From Fibrobacteria bacterium (GTDB lineage: Bacteria; Fibrobacterota; Fibrobacteria; UBA11236), in NCBI GenBank assembly GCA_043745805.1, contig JAYTSD010000008.1, positions 325,351 to 389,350 of the forward strand: DNA of 64,000 nt, written 5' to 3'. The notes below the pieces were generated by a model. The model was not told where the DNA came from. It did not search any database and saw only the letters and a program-made list of their open reading frames with translations. Of this stretch, positions 30,397 to 40,180 are shown piece after piece. A program made the position numbers and the translations under genes. The number at the start of each line of letters is the position of its first letter. Position 1 is the stretch's first letter.

Positions 30397-30425
30397 AAAG
30401 TATCTTCTCCAAAGGTTGTATGCAA
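30397..30425 (-). promoter_or_regulatory. Candidate sigma70 promoter of the lpt-rpoN cluster
   Basis: TTGCAT-N17-TACTTT on the minus strand. Confidence 0.45.
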
Positions 30426-30582
30426 ATTTTACTTTTTTTCTCCAAGAAAGAGTGGCCTATCGAGATTTACTTTTTGATTATACGCGCTTTTGCTAACCTC
30501 CTCTTTGACTCATTTACGAATCTGGGTATTAATTTTATTCTTTAAGGCCTTAACTCTTCTACTCTGAACGGATTTTACCATT

Positions 30583-31950
30583 GTGCGAGCAAAAACCGAC
30601 CTAACTCAAGGGCCTATTTTTCCGGCCTTATTAAAGATGACTTTCCCGATTTTAATCGGTATGACAGCGGCCTTATTTTCCAATATTGTGGATGGTATAT
30701 TTGCCGGTCGTTTGGGCTTGCAAGCCAGCATGGCCGTACTGAACTATGGATTTCCCATCTTCTATTTATTGTTTGCTTTTTTCAATGGCGTTAGCATTGG
30801 AACCACCTCTAATTTAGCTCGACTTATTGGCGCAAAAAAAATTGACGAAGCGCAAAATAACATGAGTCAAATCCTTTGGGTTAATTTGGCTATTCTCGCG
30901 GCGTCAGTGGCCATTTTCCCATTTATTCTCAAAGAGTATTTGATTTTTCAAAAAGCGAGTGCCGAAACCCAGCTGTTAACTCATCAATTTTTAACCTATG
31001 TGCTTATAGGAATGCCCTTTTTGCTGATAAGCCTAACCCTAGGCGGAGGATTGCGCGCCGAAGGCAATATGCGGGCTTTGGCCACTTCGCAAATGCTCGG
31101 CGTGATCAGCAATTTACTCATGGCACCTTTCTTTATTTTTTCGGATTTTAATTTTCTCGGTGTGCATTGGACCGGCTTAAATCTTGGCGTTAAAGGCGCA
31201 GGCCTCGCATCAAGCTGTTCAAGCTTTCTCACAGCCCTATATATTTTGCGGATTTACTTTTCCAAAAAAACTCAGCTCCGGTGGATTTTAAAACCTCAAT
31301 GGGTTAATACTTCGGGCATTGCTGCCATTTTTAAAGTCGGTATTCCTTCCAGTATTTCTCAGTTGCTAATTGGTTTAAATTGGATTTTAATGACACGCCT
31401 CACTGCGCACTTTGGAGAATCTGCTGTAGCAGCCATAGGCATTGGTGGACGCTTGGATTTACTTTCGGTTTTTCCCGCATTAGCCATTATGACAGCCGTG
31501 TTAACCATGGTGGGACAAAATTATGGTGCGAAAAAATATGACAGAGTACGCGAAGCTGTACGAGTAGGATTACTCACCGGTTTTATCGGTATTGGGGGTA
31601 TTGGTTTGATTATTCATTTTGCCGGAAAGGGTATCATTGGCATATTCCATCCTGATGCGGCCACACAACTTTCGGCCTTGCATTATCTTTACATTTCTAC
31701 TTGGGGATTTGGATTGGTAGGCTTGAATATTGTATCCAGCGGAGCCTTTCAAGGTTTGGGTAGAGGTTTACCCTTTTTGCTTTTAACAGTATTACGCCTT
31801 GTAGGATTAACTTTTCCTATCGCCTATTTTCTCTCCTTACACTATCAAGCCTATGGCGTACATTACGCACCTGTGATTGCGAACTTTATAACCGCTGTCA
31901 TTGCGGTAGTTTGGATTTTGACGGTAACCAAACGATTAAAAACCACTTAG
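30583..31950 (+). CDS. MATE family efflux transporter
   Basis: DLTQGPI, NIVDGIF-x-GRLG, LRAEGN, GVKGAGLAS, VGQNYGA; about 12 TMs. Confidence 0.92.
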   Translation: MRAKTDLTQGPIFPALLKMTFPILIGMTAALFSNIVDGIFAGRLGLQASMAVLNYGFPIFYLLFAFFNGVSIGTTSNLARLIGAKKIDEAQNNMSQILWVNLAILAASVAIFPFILKEYLIFQKASAETQLLTHQFLTYVLIGMPFLLISLTLGGGLRAEGNMRALATSQMLGVISNLLMAPFFIFSDFNFLGVHWTGLNLGVKGAGLASSCSSFLTALYILRIYFSKKTQLRWILKPQWVNTSGIAAIFKVGIPSSISQLLIGLNWILMTRLTAHFGESAVAAIGIGGRLDLLSVFPALAIMTAVLTMVGQNYGAKKYDRVREAVRVGLLTGFIGIGGIGLIIHFAGKGIIGIFHPDAATQLSALHYLYISTWGFGLVGLNIVSSGAFQGLGRGLPFLLLTVLRLVGLTFPIAYFLSLHYQAYGVHYAPVIANFITAVIAVVWILTVTKRLKTT

Positions 31951-31976
31951 TATGAAATATTGAATTTTGTTTACCC

Positions 31977-32387
31977 ATGGTAATTAATCAAAGTTCAATT
32001 GAAATTCAAGTTCGCTACTCGGAAACGGATGCGATGAAATTCGTTTACTACTCCAATTATTTAGTGTATTTCGAAGTCGCTCGCACTTCAGCATTAGCAG
32101 AGCTTGGCCATCCCTATTGGGAAATGGAAAAACAGCAAGTACTCATTCCCGTTTTGGAAGCGCAGTGTAATTATAAAAAACCAGCACGTTACGGTGACTT
32201 ATTAATCATCTTCACGAAACGTTGGAAAATAAGCCAAGCCAAAATTCGATTTGAATACGAAGTGTTGCGCGGCACAGAATTATTAGCCACCGGCCATACC
32301 GTTCATGCCTTCATGCACCCCAATGGACACGCCATAAGGCCCCCAAATGAAATTATGCAATTATTTCCCGCTCAAACCACAAACTAA
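31977..32387 (+). CDS. YbgC/4HBT-family acyl-CoA thioesterase
   Basis: VRYSETDAM-x2-VYYSNYL-x-YFE-x-AR, YKKPARYGD. Confidence 0.9.
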   Translation: MVINQSSIEIQVRYSETDAMKFVYYSNYLVYFEVARTSALAELGHPYWEMEKQQVLIPVLEAQCNYKKPARYGDLLIIFTKRWKISQAKIRFEYEVLRGTELLATGHTVHAFMHPNGHAIRPPNEIMQLFPAQTTN

Positions 32388-32391
32388 AAGT

Positions 32392-33714
32392 TTAAAAATG
32401 AATCGCTAATACGCGAGAATTTCGATTCGTATTATAAGCGCTTAATTTTTCGGCCGGAAGAATAGTTAAAGGTTCTTCTTTAAATCCATTACGCATAAAA
32501 AAATCACTACTTTGCGTGGTTAACAAAAACACACTTTTAAGTCCTTGTTTCTTTGCTTTATCTACTAAAAAAGAAACCAATTTACGACCCGTGCCTTTAC
32601 CCGCATATTGCGTATCGACTACCAAAGCAGATAGCTCAGCACTGTCATCAGGATATTGAATTAAAGATCCACAACCATGTAAAACATCATCTACTTTATA
32701 AACACTGTATCTATCTAAATCATTAGCGATCATTTCCGCACTGCGTTGCACCAGTACACCCAAATCCACATAAGGTTGCATGATACGTAAAATTTCGGGA
32801 ATATCTTCCACAGAAGCAGGAAAAATTTTATCGTATTGATTAGCATAGAACATCGTACCATGCCCAGCACTCGAAAAAACTTCTTGAAATAAAATACCGT
32901 CTTTGGATCCGTCCACAATATGCACTCGGTCTACACCCGAAGCACAAGCTTCCATGGCTAAAGTCACTAATTCACGATGCATTGGTAAAAGTTGGGTGGA
33001 AAAATCACGTAACAAAATGTTTCCTTCTTCCAAATCGAGATTGGAAAAAAGGCCAGTTGACTTTTCATTTTCATCAACAAAATCACAATTTTGTACCACG
33101 GGAATACCACGCTCTAAACCAATAAAAAATAATTTGGTCGCTCGCATGGCTTTAGCTAAGGCCACAGCTAACTCACTACTCGAAAGATTATAATCCTTAC
33201 CCACTATATTCCATCCAATATTAGGAACAATAGGAATCAGGCCATCTTCCAACATTTTTTTGATGAGAGGTACATCCACTTTTTCCACGCGACCCGTATT
33301 TTTATAATCCACACCATCCAGCACACCTATGGCGCGCGCGCGCACCCAATTTCCTACCACGCCATGTACGCCATTTTCGGAAAGCAAAGAAATTAAGGCA
33401 TTAGTAACATTAGAAGCACCGAGCTTAACTAGAGGCATAACCTCATCAGAAGTAATACGGATTTCATCTTTCATAGGTGATTTAACATGATAAGTTTTCA
33501 GTACTTTATCTATGGAATGCTTGGCACCTGGCACTAAAAGAATATGAATACCACTTTTTTGCAAAAGCACAATGTCTTTAATCAATAATGAAAACAATGG
33601 CTTGCTCAACAAAGAATCTTCAATTTTAAATACAAATACCTTGCTACGGTAACGTGTAAGATACCCTAAAACTTCACGAATATTGGTGAGTTGGGCTGAA
33701 TCTTTAACTTTCAT
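32392..33714 (-). CDS. argA: Amino-acid N-acetyltransferase (N-acetylglutamate synthase)
   Basis: AAK domain (GVDYKNTG-x-V, GVDRVHI) plus GNAT domain (AEL-x-ALVV, FLLTTQ, RNSRV). Start 33714 overlaps the upstream stop (ATGA). Confidence 0.9.
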   Translation of the reverse strand: MKVKDSAQLTNIREVLGYLTRYRSKVFVFKIEDSLLSKPLFSLLIKDIVLLQKSGIHILLVPGAKHSIDKVLKTYHVKSPMKDEIRITSDEVMPLVKLGASNVTNALISLLSENGVHGVVGNWVRARAIGVLDGVDYKNTGRVEKVDVPLIKKMLEDGLIPIVPNIGWNIVGKDYNLSSSELAVALAKAMRATKLFFIGLERGIPVVQNCDFVDENEKSTGLFSNLDLEEGNILLRDFSTQLLPMHRELVTLAMEACASGVDRVHIVDGSKDGILFQEVFSSAGHGTMFYANQYDKIFPASVEDIPEILRIMQPYVDLGVLVQRSAEMIANDLDRYSVYKVDDVLHGCGSLIQYPDDSAELSALVVDTQYAGKGTGRKLVSFLVDKAKKQGLKSVFLLTTQSSDFFMRNGFKEEPLTILPAEKLSAYNTNRNSRVLAIHF

Positions 33715-34691
33715 TTTTGCTCCGCAGGAAAAACTTTGGGTATAGAATTTACCTGTTCCCAAGCTTCCGAAATATTTTTAGACTGACCCGCAGCATAGAG
33801 AAAAAAAGCGAGTTGATAAAATAAAGCATGCCAAATATTCTTCTCGCCGTCCTTTAAACGCGTCCCCCATTGGTCTAGCTGATGCAAAGCGTATATTTCA
33901 GCGCTAAGTTGCAAACCTAAATCACTTGGAGAAATGGATTCCATGCGAATATCCTTTCCGACTACACTCAAAATTTGGGTTTCCTTATGCATCACCAAAT
34001 CAAGTGTACCATGATTTCCTAGAATAATTTTTCCATTTAACTGTAAAAATTGCAATGCTGTGGCGAGCCTCTCCGCATAATGCAAATGCGAAATACCCAA
34101 TAATAAAGGCGCTTGTGGCCAAGGATTGACCATTTTTTCCGCCGTATGTAAGCAGGAACGAAATCCCAATTCACCACGCCATGCCGCCAAGGCTTTAAGG
34201 CCGGGGATTTGGGAAGTATTAAATACCGAAAAACTATTTCCAACAACCAACTGTTGTGCCAAAAGCAAACTCTCGGCTAAACTTTTGCTATTGCCCGTTA
34301 AAACAGCTTCGCTTTGCACCAAAGCTACTTCAACGCCAAATGAGGGTAAATAAGCGGCAGCGAGCAAAGACAATAAGCCCCCTTTACGCGCTGTATCCGA
34401 GCTTAGATTAAGCACTATGCCTTGCACACTTTGAATAGGAGTTGGTGGATTAAGATGGCTATTAAATACCGAAACCAAACCATTCAATTCCTCTTGGCTT
34501 AATTCTTTAATCCGTAAAGCTTGCAAAAAGGCACCCGCCTGCGCAGCGGAGAACTGACCGGCCAGCAATTGTGTAAAGGCGGAAGTACTTTCGGCGAAAC
34601 TTAAATCGGCAGACAAACTTTTGCCTTTGCCCACCTTACGGATAAATTCCACAGGCATTTGTGGCTTGGCTTCGAATGATTTTTCTGACAT
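33711..34691 (-). CDS. YbiB/TrpD2-like (anthranilate phosphoribosyltransferase family) protein
   Basis: IRKVGKG-x5-DL, GAFL-x-ALRIK, LGFRS-x2-HT-x2-K-x2-NP, GISH-x2-Y; lacks the TrpD GTGGD motif. Confidence 0.75.
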   Translation of the reverse strand: MSEKSFEAKPQMPVEFIRKVGKGKSLSADLSFAESTSAFTQLLAGQFSAAQAGAFLQALRIKELSQEELNGLVSVFNSHLNPPTPIQSVQGIVLNLSSDTARKGGLLSLLAAAYLPSFGVEVALVQSEAVLTGNSKSLAESLLLAQQLVVGNSFSVFNTSQIPGLKALAAWRGELGFRSCLHTAEKMVNPWPQAPLLLGISHLHYAERLATALQFLQLNGKIILGNHGTLDLVMHKETQILSVVGKDIRMESISPSDLGLQLSAEIYALHQLDQWGTRLKDGEKNIWHALFYQLAFFLYAAGQSKNISEAWEQVNSIPKVFPAEQK

Positions 34692-34747
34692 GAGTAAAAT
34701 TTAAACAAGTTAACCGCAGATATACCCGCGTTTTTTACTTTATTGAT

Positions 34748-35860
34748 ATGCCGAATAAAGAAATTAAAAAAACCAACGATTCTTCTGAACAGTCCTTTTT
34801 CCATCGAGCCTCTTTCCTGCTGTATCTTTTCATAGTATCGGGAATTTTTATCTTTATGATCCGTCAATTTTTACTCATCCTTTTTATGGCGGCAGTTTTT
34901 ACCGGATTAACTTTTCCTCTTTATTGCCTCATGACTAAGCGATTTAAAAATAAAGCCTTAGCTTCCGCTTTAACCTTACTCAGCATTACTCTCATTTTGA
35001 TTATTCCGGTTATTGCCATTTCCCTAGCTGCCTATCGCGAAGCCCTGAATTTATTTCAACAGGTCGATATCCATCAATTAAAAACGCAAGTGGAAAGCAT
35101 CGTAAATTCATTTTCCCATCGCTTTCCGGCTTTAATGCAACGTATTAATGCCCAAGATATTTCGGGCATGGCCGTATCCGCATTACAAAATGCTTTACAA
35201 TATATTTTGCAAAATGGCGCTTCGTTTTCGGTGAGTATCGCTAATCAAATCGCTAATTTTTTTCTCATGCTCTTTATGATGTTTTATTTTTATATGGATG
35301 GCGAAAAAATATTGTTGCGCTTAATTCGCCTCTCGCCACTAAAGGATGATTACGAAAAAGTTTTATTGCAAAAATTTTTAACGGCAAGCAAAGCCACCTT
35401 AAAGGGGGTTTTAGTAATAGGGGCCATTCAAGGTTTTACAGGAACTTTACTTTTTCTCTGTGTAGGTGTTGGATCTCCCGTTTTTCTAGGCGTCCTCATG
35501 GTTTTCGCTTCCATCATACCTGCAGTGGGCTGTGCCTTAGTTTGGTTACCCGTGGCCTTAGTGCTTTTATTTCAAGGACATGTCATAACTGGAATGATAG
35601 TGCTTCTTGCGGGCATTTTTATCATTGGTACCGTAGACAATCTACTTCGTCCCTTTGTGGTTGGTAAAGATATGCAAATTCATGATTTGGCCGTACTAGT
35701 CAGTACACTTGGCGGAATAGGTTTATTTGGGCTTCCAGGCTTTATTATCGGCCCTTTAATTGCCTCACTGTTTTTTAGTATTTGGGAGATTTATGAAGAG
35801 GTTTTTGCGCGTGAGTTATACTTAAACGCAATTCCAACCACAAAAAATACTCAGGAATAA
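34748..35860 (+). CDS. AI-2E family transporter
   Basis: YFYMDG, GAIQG, IPAVG-x-ALVWLP, DNLLRP, GG-x3-FG-x2-GFIIGP. Confidence 0.92.
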   Translation: MPNKEIKKTNDSSEQSFFHRASFLLYLFIVSGIFIFMIRQFLLILFMAAVFTGLTFPLYCLMTKRFKNKALASALTLLSITLILIIPVIAISLAAYREALNLFQQVDIHQLKTQVESIVNSFSHRFPALMQRINAQDISGMAVSALQNALQYILQNGASFSVSIANQIANFFLMLFMMFYFYMDGEKILLRLIRLSPLKDDYEKVLLQKFLTASKATLKGVLVIGAIQGFTGTLLFLCVGVGSPVFLGVLMVFASIIPAVGCALVWLPVALVLLFQGHVITGMIVLLAGIFIIGTVDNLLRPFVVGKDMQIHDLAVLVSTLGGIGLFGLPGFIIGPLIASLFFSIWEIYEEVFARELYLNAIPTTKNTQE

Positions 35861-35904
35861 TTGCAGAACTAGAATCCCAGTAAAAATCGCTGTATAATAA
35901 GCCT

Positions 35905-36096
35905 ATGAAGGAATATCATGATTGCCTGTTACCCTTAGAACATGAATGGGAACCGGCATTAATGGCAGCGAAAATTGAGCGTGAAGTTGAGATACTTTGG
36001 AATGATGGCTGGGTTTTTGTGGAAGCAAAACCGGATAAACTTTTAGAATCCATTTGTCTTCATTTTGAACGCCTAATATTCCTAGAATTAGAATAA
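35905..36096 (+). CDS. Small hypothetical protein (DUF4177-like)
   Basis: 63 aa; MKEY...DGW-x-FV...HFER pattern; TATAAT 6 nt upstream. Confidence 0.6.
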   Translation: MKEYHDCLLPLEHEWEPALMAAKIEREVEILWNDGWVFVEAKPDKLLESICLHFERLIFLELE

Positions 36097-36252
36097 CATA
36101 AGAAAACCACTATCGACTATAAGCTCCAAAAAGCCGTGTCAAAAGGGTTTCACGCCAATCTGTCACAAAAAAAAGGCATAAAACAGCTTGTCAAATTGGC
36201 TTAGACTGCTAGATTTTAATACAAGTCATCCTATTATCTGAAGGATTTAATA

Positions 36253-37764
36253 ATGAAATTATCGATTTTCAAAAATTTTAATTTTACCCGCACAGCTTTA
36301 TCGCTTGCTGTGCTAGGTACCATGAGTATTATGAACTCCATGGCCGCGGACCATGTGCCACACACTTTTAAATTTTTTAACCCTGATCAAACTGAATCAC
36401 GGGATACAATTTCCAAACCACCGAAAATAGTAGTATTGAACTATGTAAATATTCCAAAAACAGTGTCCGCTTTAGGCTTTTTCACGAACATGACAACCAA
36501 AGCTATTGGACCTGGTTTTTACCATTTCGAAGTAAACAATCCGCTTTGGAGCGATGGGGCACATAAATCACGTTATTTAATTGTTCCCAATGGGAAAAAA
36601 GTAACCTTCGTAAATGATACGCTTTCTTATGTATATCCAGAAAGTACTACCATTTTAAAAAACTTTGCTATCGATACTATTGCAGGTGATTCTAATAGTC
36701 GGGTTTTTATTGAAACTCGTCTCTTGGTAAAGAAAGACAGCACTTGGTACGGATTCAGTTACAAATGGCGCAAAGACCAAACGGATGCTGACTTAATAGG
36801 CGGTGAACGCGGAGGTTACGTAGAAGATAGTACCTCATTTTCAATCAGAACTGGAAATATAAAAAAGGGGCGGCTTTGGCATTGGCCAAGTAGACAAGAT
36901 TGCTACAGCTGCCATATCGCAGTAGAAAAGGACGGAAACGATACTCCTATTCGTCCTCGCCATATACTTGGATTTATCACTCAACAATTAAATCGAAATA
37001 TTTTGGGCTCAACCACCAAAAATCAAATTCAAGATATGGTTGACAAAAACTTTATGGCGTTCAAAGCCGGTGTAACATTCAATGCGGCGACATCGCATAA
37101 ATGGTATGCTTTAGATGACACGGCCAAAGCAGCAACTCTCGAAAGAAAAGCTCGATCATACTTAGCTTCCAATTGTTCTTATTGCCATAGCCCTGAAGGC
37201 AAAACCCAAGACAATATTTGCTTTCCTGAATTCAATTATTTTACCAATGCGCCTTTATCTTCTGTAAATTATATTAATACCATTTCTAAATACAACGGAA
37301 ACCCACTTCTTTATGAAAAGTTGAAAATTCCTGAATCCATCTATCTTCAGACTATTTATGGTGGAAACGCAAAATATTCCTCTATTGTTTATCGTATTTC
37401 AGCATTTGACTCCACAACCGGTTATCGTGATGATGCCGATAAAATGCCGCGATTGGCTACCTTTGATCTTTACCCTCTTTCCATTCAAGTTATATCTGCA
37501 TGGGCGAATAGCCTGCCACCGACTTCTATTTCGGCGCATCATAAAATTTTCTTGGCAGACAAAATTCGCTTAGAAAATAATATGTTCTACTTACCTAAGA
37601 GACTGTCCTTTTTACAAGTAGTTAAAGTTTATGATGTTCGTGGTAAAGCATCCACTGTTGTGGCCTATCAACCGGGTATATTCATCATGCCAACTTCATT
37701 CCCAAATGGCATGTACACTGTAATCGCTGGAGCAGAACGCTTCTATTTGCCTTACTTTCGTTAA
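36253..37764 (+). CDS. Secreted di-CxxCH cytochrome-c-like protein (SO2930/HNE_0200-like) with T9SS-like C-terminal domain, copy 1
   Basis: Signal peptide; VNNPLWSDGA-x-K-x-R, IETRLL, W-x-G-x2-Y-x-W; CYSCH and CSYCH; MP-x-L; tail VYDVRGK...GMYTV. Confidence 0.8.
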   Translation: MKLSIFKNFNFTRTALSLAVLGTMSIMNSMAADHVPHTFKFFNPDQTESRDTISKPPKIVVLNYVNIPKTVSALGFFTNMTTKAIGPGFYHFEVNNPLWSDGAHKSRYLIVPNGKKVTFVNDTLSYVYPESTTILKNFAIDTIAGDSNSRVFIETRLLVKKDSTWYGFSYKWRKDQTDADLIGGERGGYVEDSTSFSIRTGNIKKGRLWHWPSRQDCYSCHIAVEKDGNDTPIRPRHILGFITQQLNRNILGSTTKNQIQDMVDKNFMAFKAGVTFNAATSHKWYALDDTAKAATLERKARSYLASNCSYCHSPEGKTQDNICFPEFNYFTNAPLSSVNYINTISKYNGNPLLYEKLKIPESIYLQTIYGGNAKYSSIVYRISAFDSTTGYRDDADKMPRLATFDLYPLSIQVISAWANSLPPTSISAHHKIFLADKIRLENNMFYLPKRLSFLQVVKVYDVRGKASTVVAYQPGIFIMPTSFPNGMYTVIAGAERFYLPYFR

Positions 37765-37785
37765 ACTAATTTAGCGATTCTTTTT

Positions 37786-37818
37786 AAAAGCCTTCGGATA
37801 ATAACCGAAGGCTTTTTT
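37786..37818 (+). terminator. Rho-independent terminator
   Basis: AAAAGCCTTCGG-ATAATAA-CCGAAGGCTTTTTT. Confidence 0.85.
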
Positions 37819-38560
37819 GTTTAAAGATTTTCTCGCGTGTTAACTTACCGTATTCTAAAAGTAACCCCGTATTGCAAATAGATTAATTTTGAATTATAAA
37901 ATGCTCTGCAATAACATAACCCAATTTTTGTGGACATTGAGAGTACGAAGTAAATCTGTATAACAACTTATTCTAAGTGGTAAATTACGGAATTATTTAA
38001 CCAAGCATTGCATTCTTCTTCCTTTGCTTGCCTAAGTTGTTCTCCCACTCGATAATACTCTTCGAAATTTAGTGAATCCGATTTCGATATCTTTTTTGCT
38101 TTTGTTGTCTCAATTAAGGGCTTTAGTTCAACTGATTTTCCACATTTTGATTGTATTGCTCAATGTGAACCAAACATTCAGGGACTTTTGCTCAATTGCT
38201 AAGCAGTCATGGTTTCCAACATATAATATAGCGTGGTACTCTGAAATCGTTTTATCTTTTTTTTCAATTTCGAAAAGAATGGAATCACTAATACGTTTTT
38301 GTTCCAGCTGGGAAAACCGTGCATAATATCATGTAAATTAATTTGGAATGATCGCAAACAAAACCATCAATTTATCTCTGCTTACATTTTGGAAGCGTTA
38401 TTTAGCCTAACATCCTAAAACTCGAATATAGGATCCTCCTCCTAGCTTTACCTTATAGGAAGCCACTCTATCCAAGGATAAGCCATTCAAAAATCTATTT
38501 TTAGCTCCTCGAATCCCCTGCGTAATCGTTCCTGTAAACACAATCAAAAAGGGATATAAA

Positions 38561-40075
38561 ATGAAATCATTTTTATTTGAAAAAAATAATCGGAAAAATA
38601 AGATAACATTCGCGTTACTCTTAGCTGCGGTGAATATTTCCATGGTATTTGCTGCAGACCATGTGACAAATAAGTTTAAGTTTTTTAATCCCGATCAAAC
38701 CAGGATGTTTGATCGCACTTTAATTCCTCCCCGATATGCGGTCAAGGCTTTTCCAGGATTTCCAAAAAAGGTTTCGGAATTAGGTTTTTTCTCTGATGTG
38801 CTTAAAAAGAAAGTGGATCAAGGATATTATCATTTCGAAGTGAATAATCCTCTCTGGAGTGATGGAGCGCATAAATCTCGTTACTTAGCTTTACCCAATA
38901 AAACCAAAATTACTTTTGTAAATGACTCCGATGCTTTTGTCTTTCCGGAAAGCACTACCATAGTGAAAAACTTTGCTATTGATACCGTTGAGGGCGACAC
39001 CAATACTCGCGTTTTCATTGAAACGCGCCTCCTAGTCCACAAAGGGGAAACATGGTATGGTTTTAGTTATAAATGGCGTAAAGACCAAACCGATGCCGAT
39101 TTAGTTGGCGGTGAAAACAATTCCTCCATCGAAGAAGACTCCTCATTTTATATAAGAACAGGGAATTTAAAGAAGAAGCGGCTTTGGCATTGGCCTAGTT
39201 GGTCGGAATGCTATCAATGCCATATGCCGAATGAAAAAGATAATTCTTCTGAACCTCCAGAACCCATTCGCCCTCGTCATGTTCTTGGATTTATTACTCC
39301 TCAACTAAATAGATTAGCCTTGGGATCAAACACCAAAAATCAAATTCAAGACCTTATTGATAAAAATTTTATGCAATTCAAAGCAGGGGTAACCTTCAAT
39401 TCTGCAACATCACATCGATGGTATGCGCTCGATGATTCAACCCATGCGACATTGGAGCAAAGAGCACGCTCTTTCTTAGCATCAAATTGCTCTCATTGCC
39501 ATAATGATGATAATATGAAGAATTTTTCCGGTGGCTGCTTACCCCGATTCAATTATTTTGTAAATAGTCCAATAAACTATTTATATGCTACATCCAAATA
39601 TAATGAAATAAATGATGTTTACCTACGGACCGGTACACCTGATTCAATTCGGTTCCAAACCATTTTTGGAGGGAAACCAAATTACTCTTCAATCATCTTT
39701 CGTATGTCCGCTATCGACTCAACCACGGGATACCGTGATATTGGTTATCAAATGCCTCTTCTAGCCACAGTAGACATTTACCCGCTTGCAATCAGAGTAG
39801 TATCAGATTGGATTAAAACTATAGCCCCTTCGGCCATCGTTGCTTACCATAAATCTTTTGGAAAAAATCTACGTGTTACCAATAATAGAGTTTACTTACC
39901 CAAAGCCTTAGCGTATATACAATTCGTGAGGCTCCTTGATATAAAGGGAAAAGAATATAGGGCAATAGCGCATGAACCGGGTATATTCATAATGCCCGCA
40001 CATTTACAAAATGGTGTTTACACCTTAATCGCAGGAGCTGATCGTTTCTACTTACCTTATTTCCCTGCTCAGTAA
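38561..40075 (+). CDS. Secreted di-CxxCH cytochrome-c-like protein with T9SS-like C-terminal domain, copy 2 (paralog)
   Basis: Collinear with copy 1; CYQCH and CSHCH; QMPLL; tail LLDIKGK...GVYTL. Confidence 0.8.
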   Translation: MKSFLFEKNNRKNKITFALLLAAVNISMVFAADHVTNKFKFFNPDQTRMFDRTLIPPRYAVKAFPGFPKKVSELGFFSDVLKKKVDQGYYHFEVNNPLWSDGAHKSRYLALPNKTKITFVNDSDAFVFPESTTIVKNFAIDTVEGDTNTRVFIETRLLVHKGETWYGFSYKWRKDQTDADLVGGENNSSIEEDSSFYIRTGNLKKKRLWHWPSWSECYQCHMPNEKDNSSEPPEPIRPRHVLGFITPQLNRLALGSNTKNQIQDLIDKNFMQFKAGVTFNSATSHRWYALDDSTHATLEQRARSFLASNCSHCHNDDNMKNFSGGCLPRFNYFVNSPINYLYATSKYNEINDVYLRTGTPDSIRFQTIFGGKPNYSSIIFRMSAIDSTTGYRDIGYQMPLLATVDIYPLAIRVVSDWIKTIAPSAIVAYHKSFGKNLRVTNNRVYLPKALAYIQFVRLLDIKGKEYRAIAHEPGIFIMPAHLQNGVYTLIAGADRFYLPYFPAQ

Positions 40076-40129
40076 ATTTTACCAAGGGCCACAAGTAGGT
40101 AATCTTATTGTTATCTAAAAAGATTAAAT

Positions 40130-40159
40130 AAAAAAGGCTCCGAATATTCGGAGCCTTTT
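40130..40159. terminator. Bidirectional rho-independent terminator between convergent genes
   Basis: AAAAAAGGCTCCGAATATTCGGAGCCTTTT. Confidence 0.85.
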
Positions 40160-40180
40160 ACTTTGCTATATGAAAAAAAC

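Noticed and set aside
36197-36210. TGGCTTAGACTGCT as a sigma54 site upstream of cytochrome copy 1
   Set aside because: GG-to-GC spacing is 8, not 10; an extended -10 (TGcTAGATT) fits better
38072-38643. ORF-track calls 38072-38326 (+) and 38407-38643 (-)
   Set aside because: No SD or recognisable motifs; the second overlaps the start of a real gene on the opposite strand
36253-40075. Paralog pair as an assembly duplication or a DGR template/variable pair
   Set aside because: Substitutions and indels are spread throughout and are not adenine-specific; no reverse transcriptase in the window
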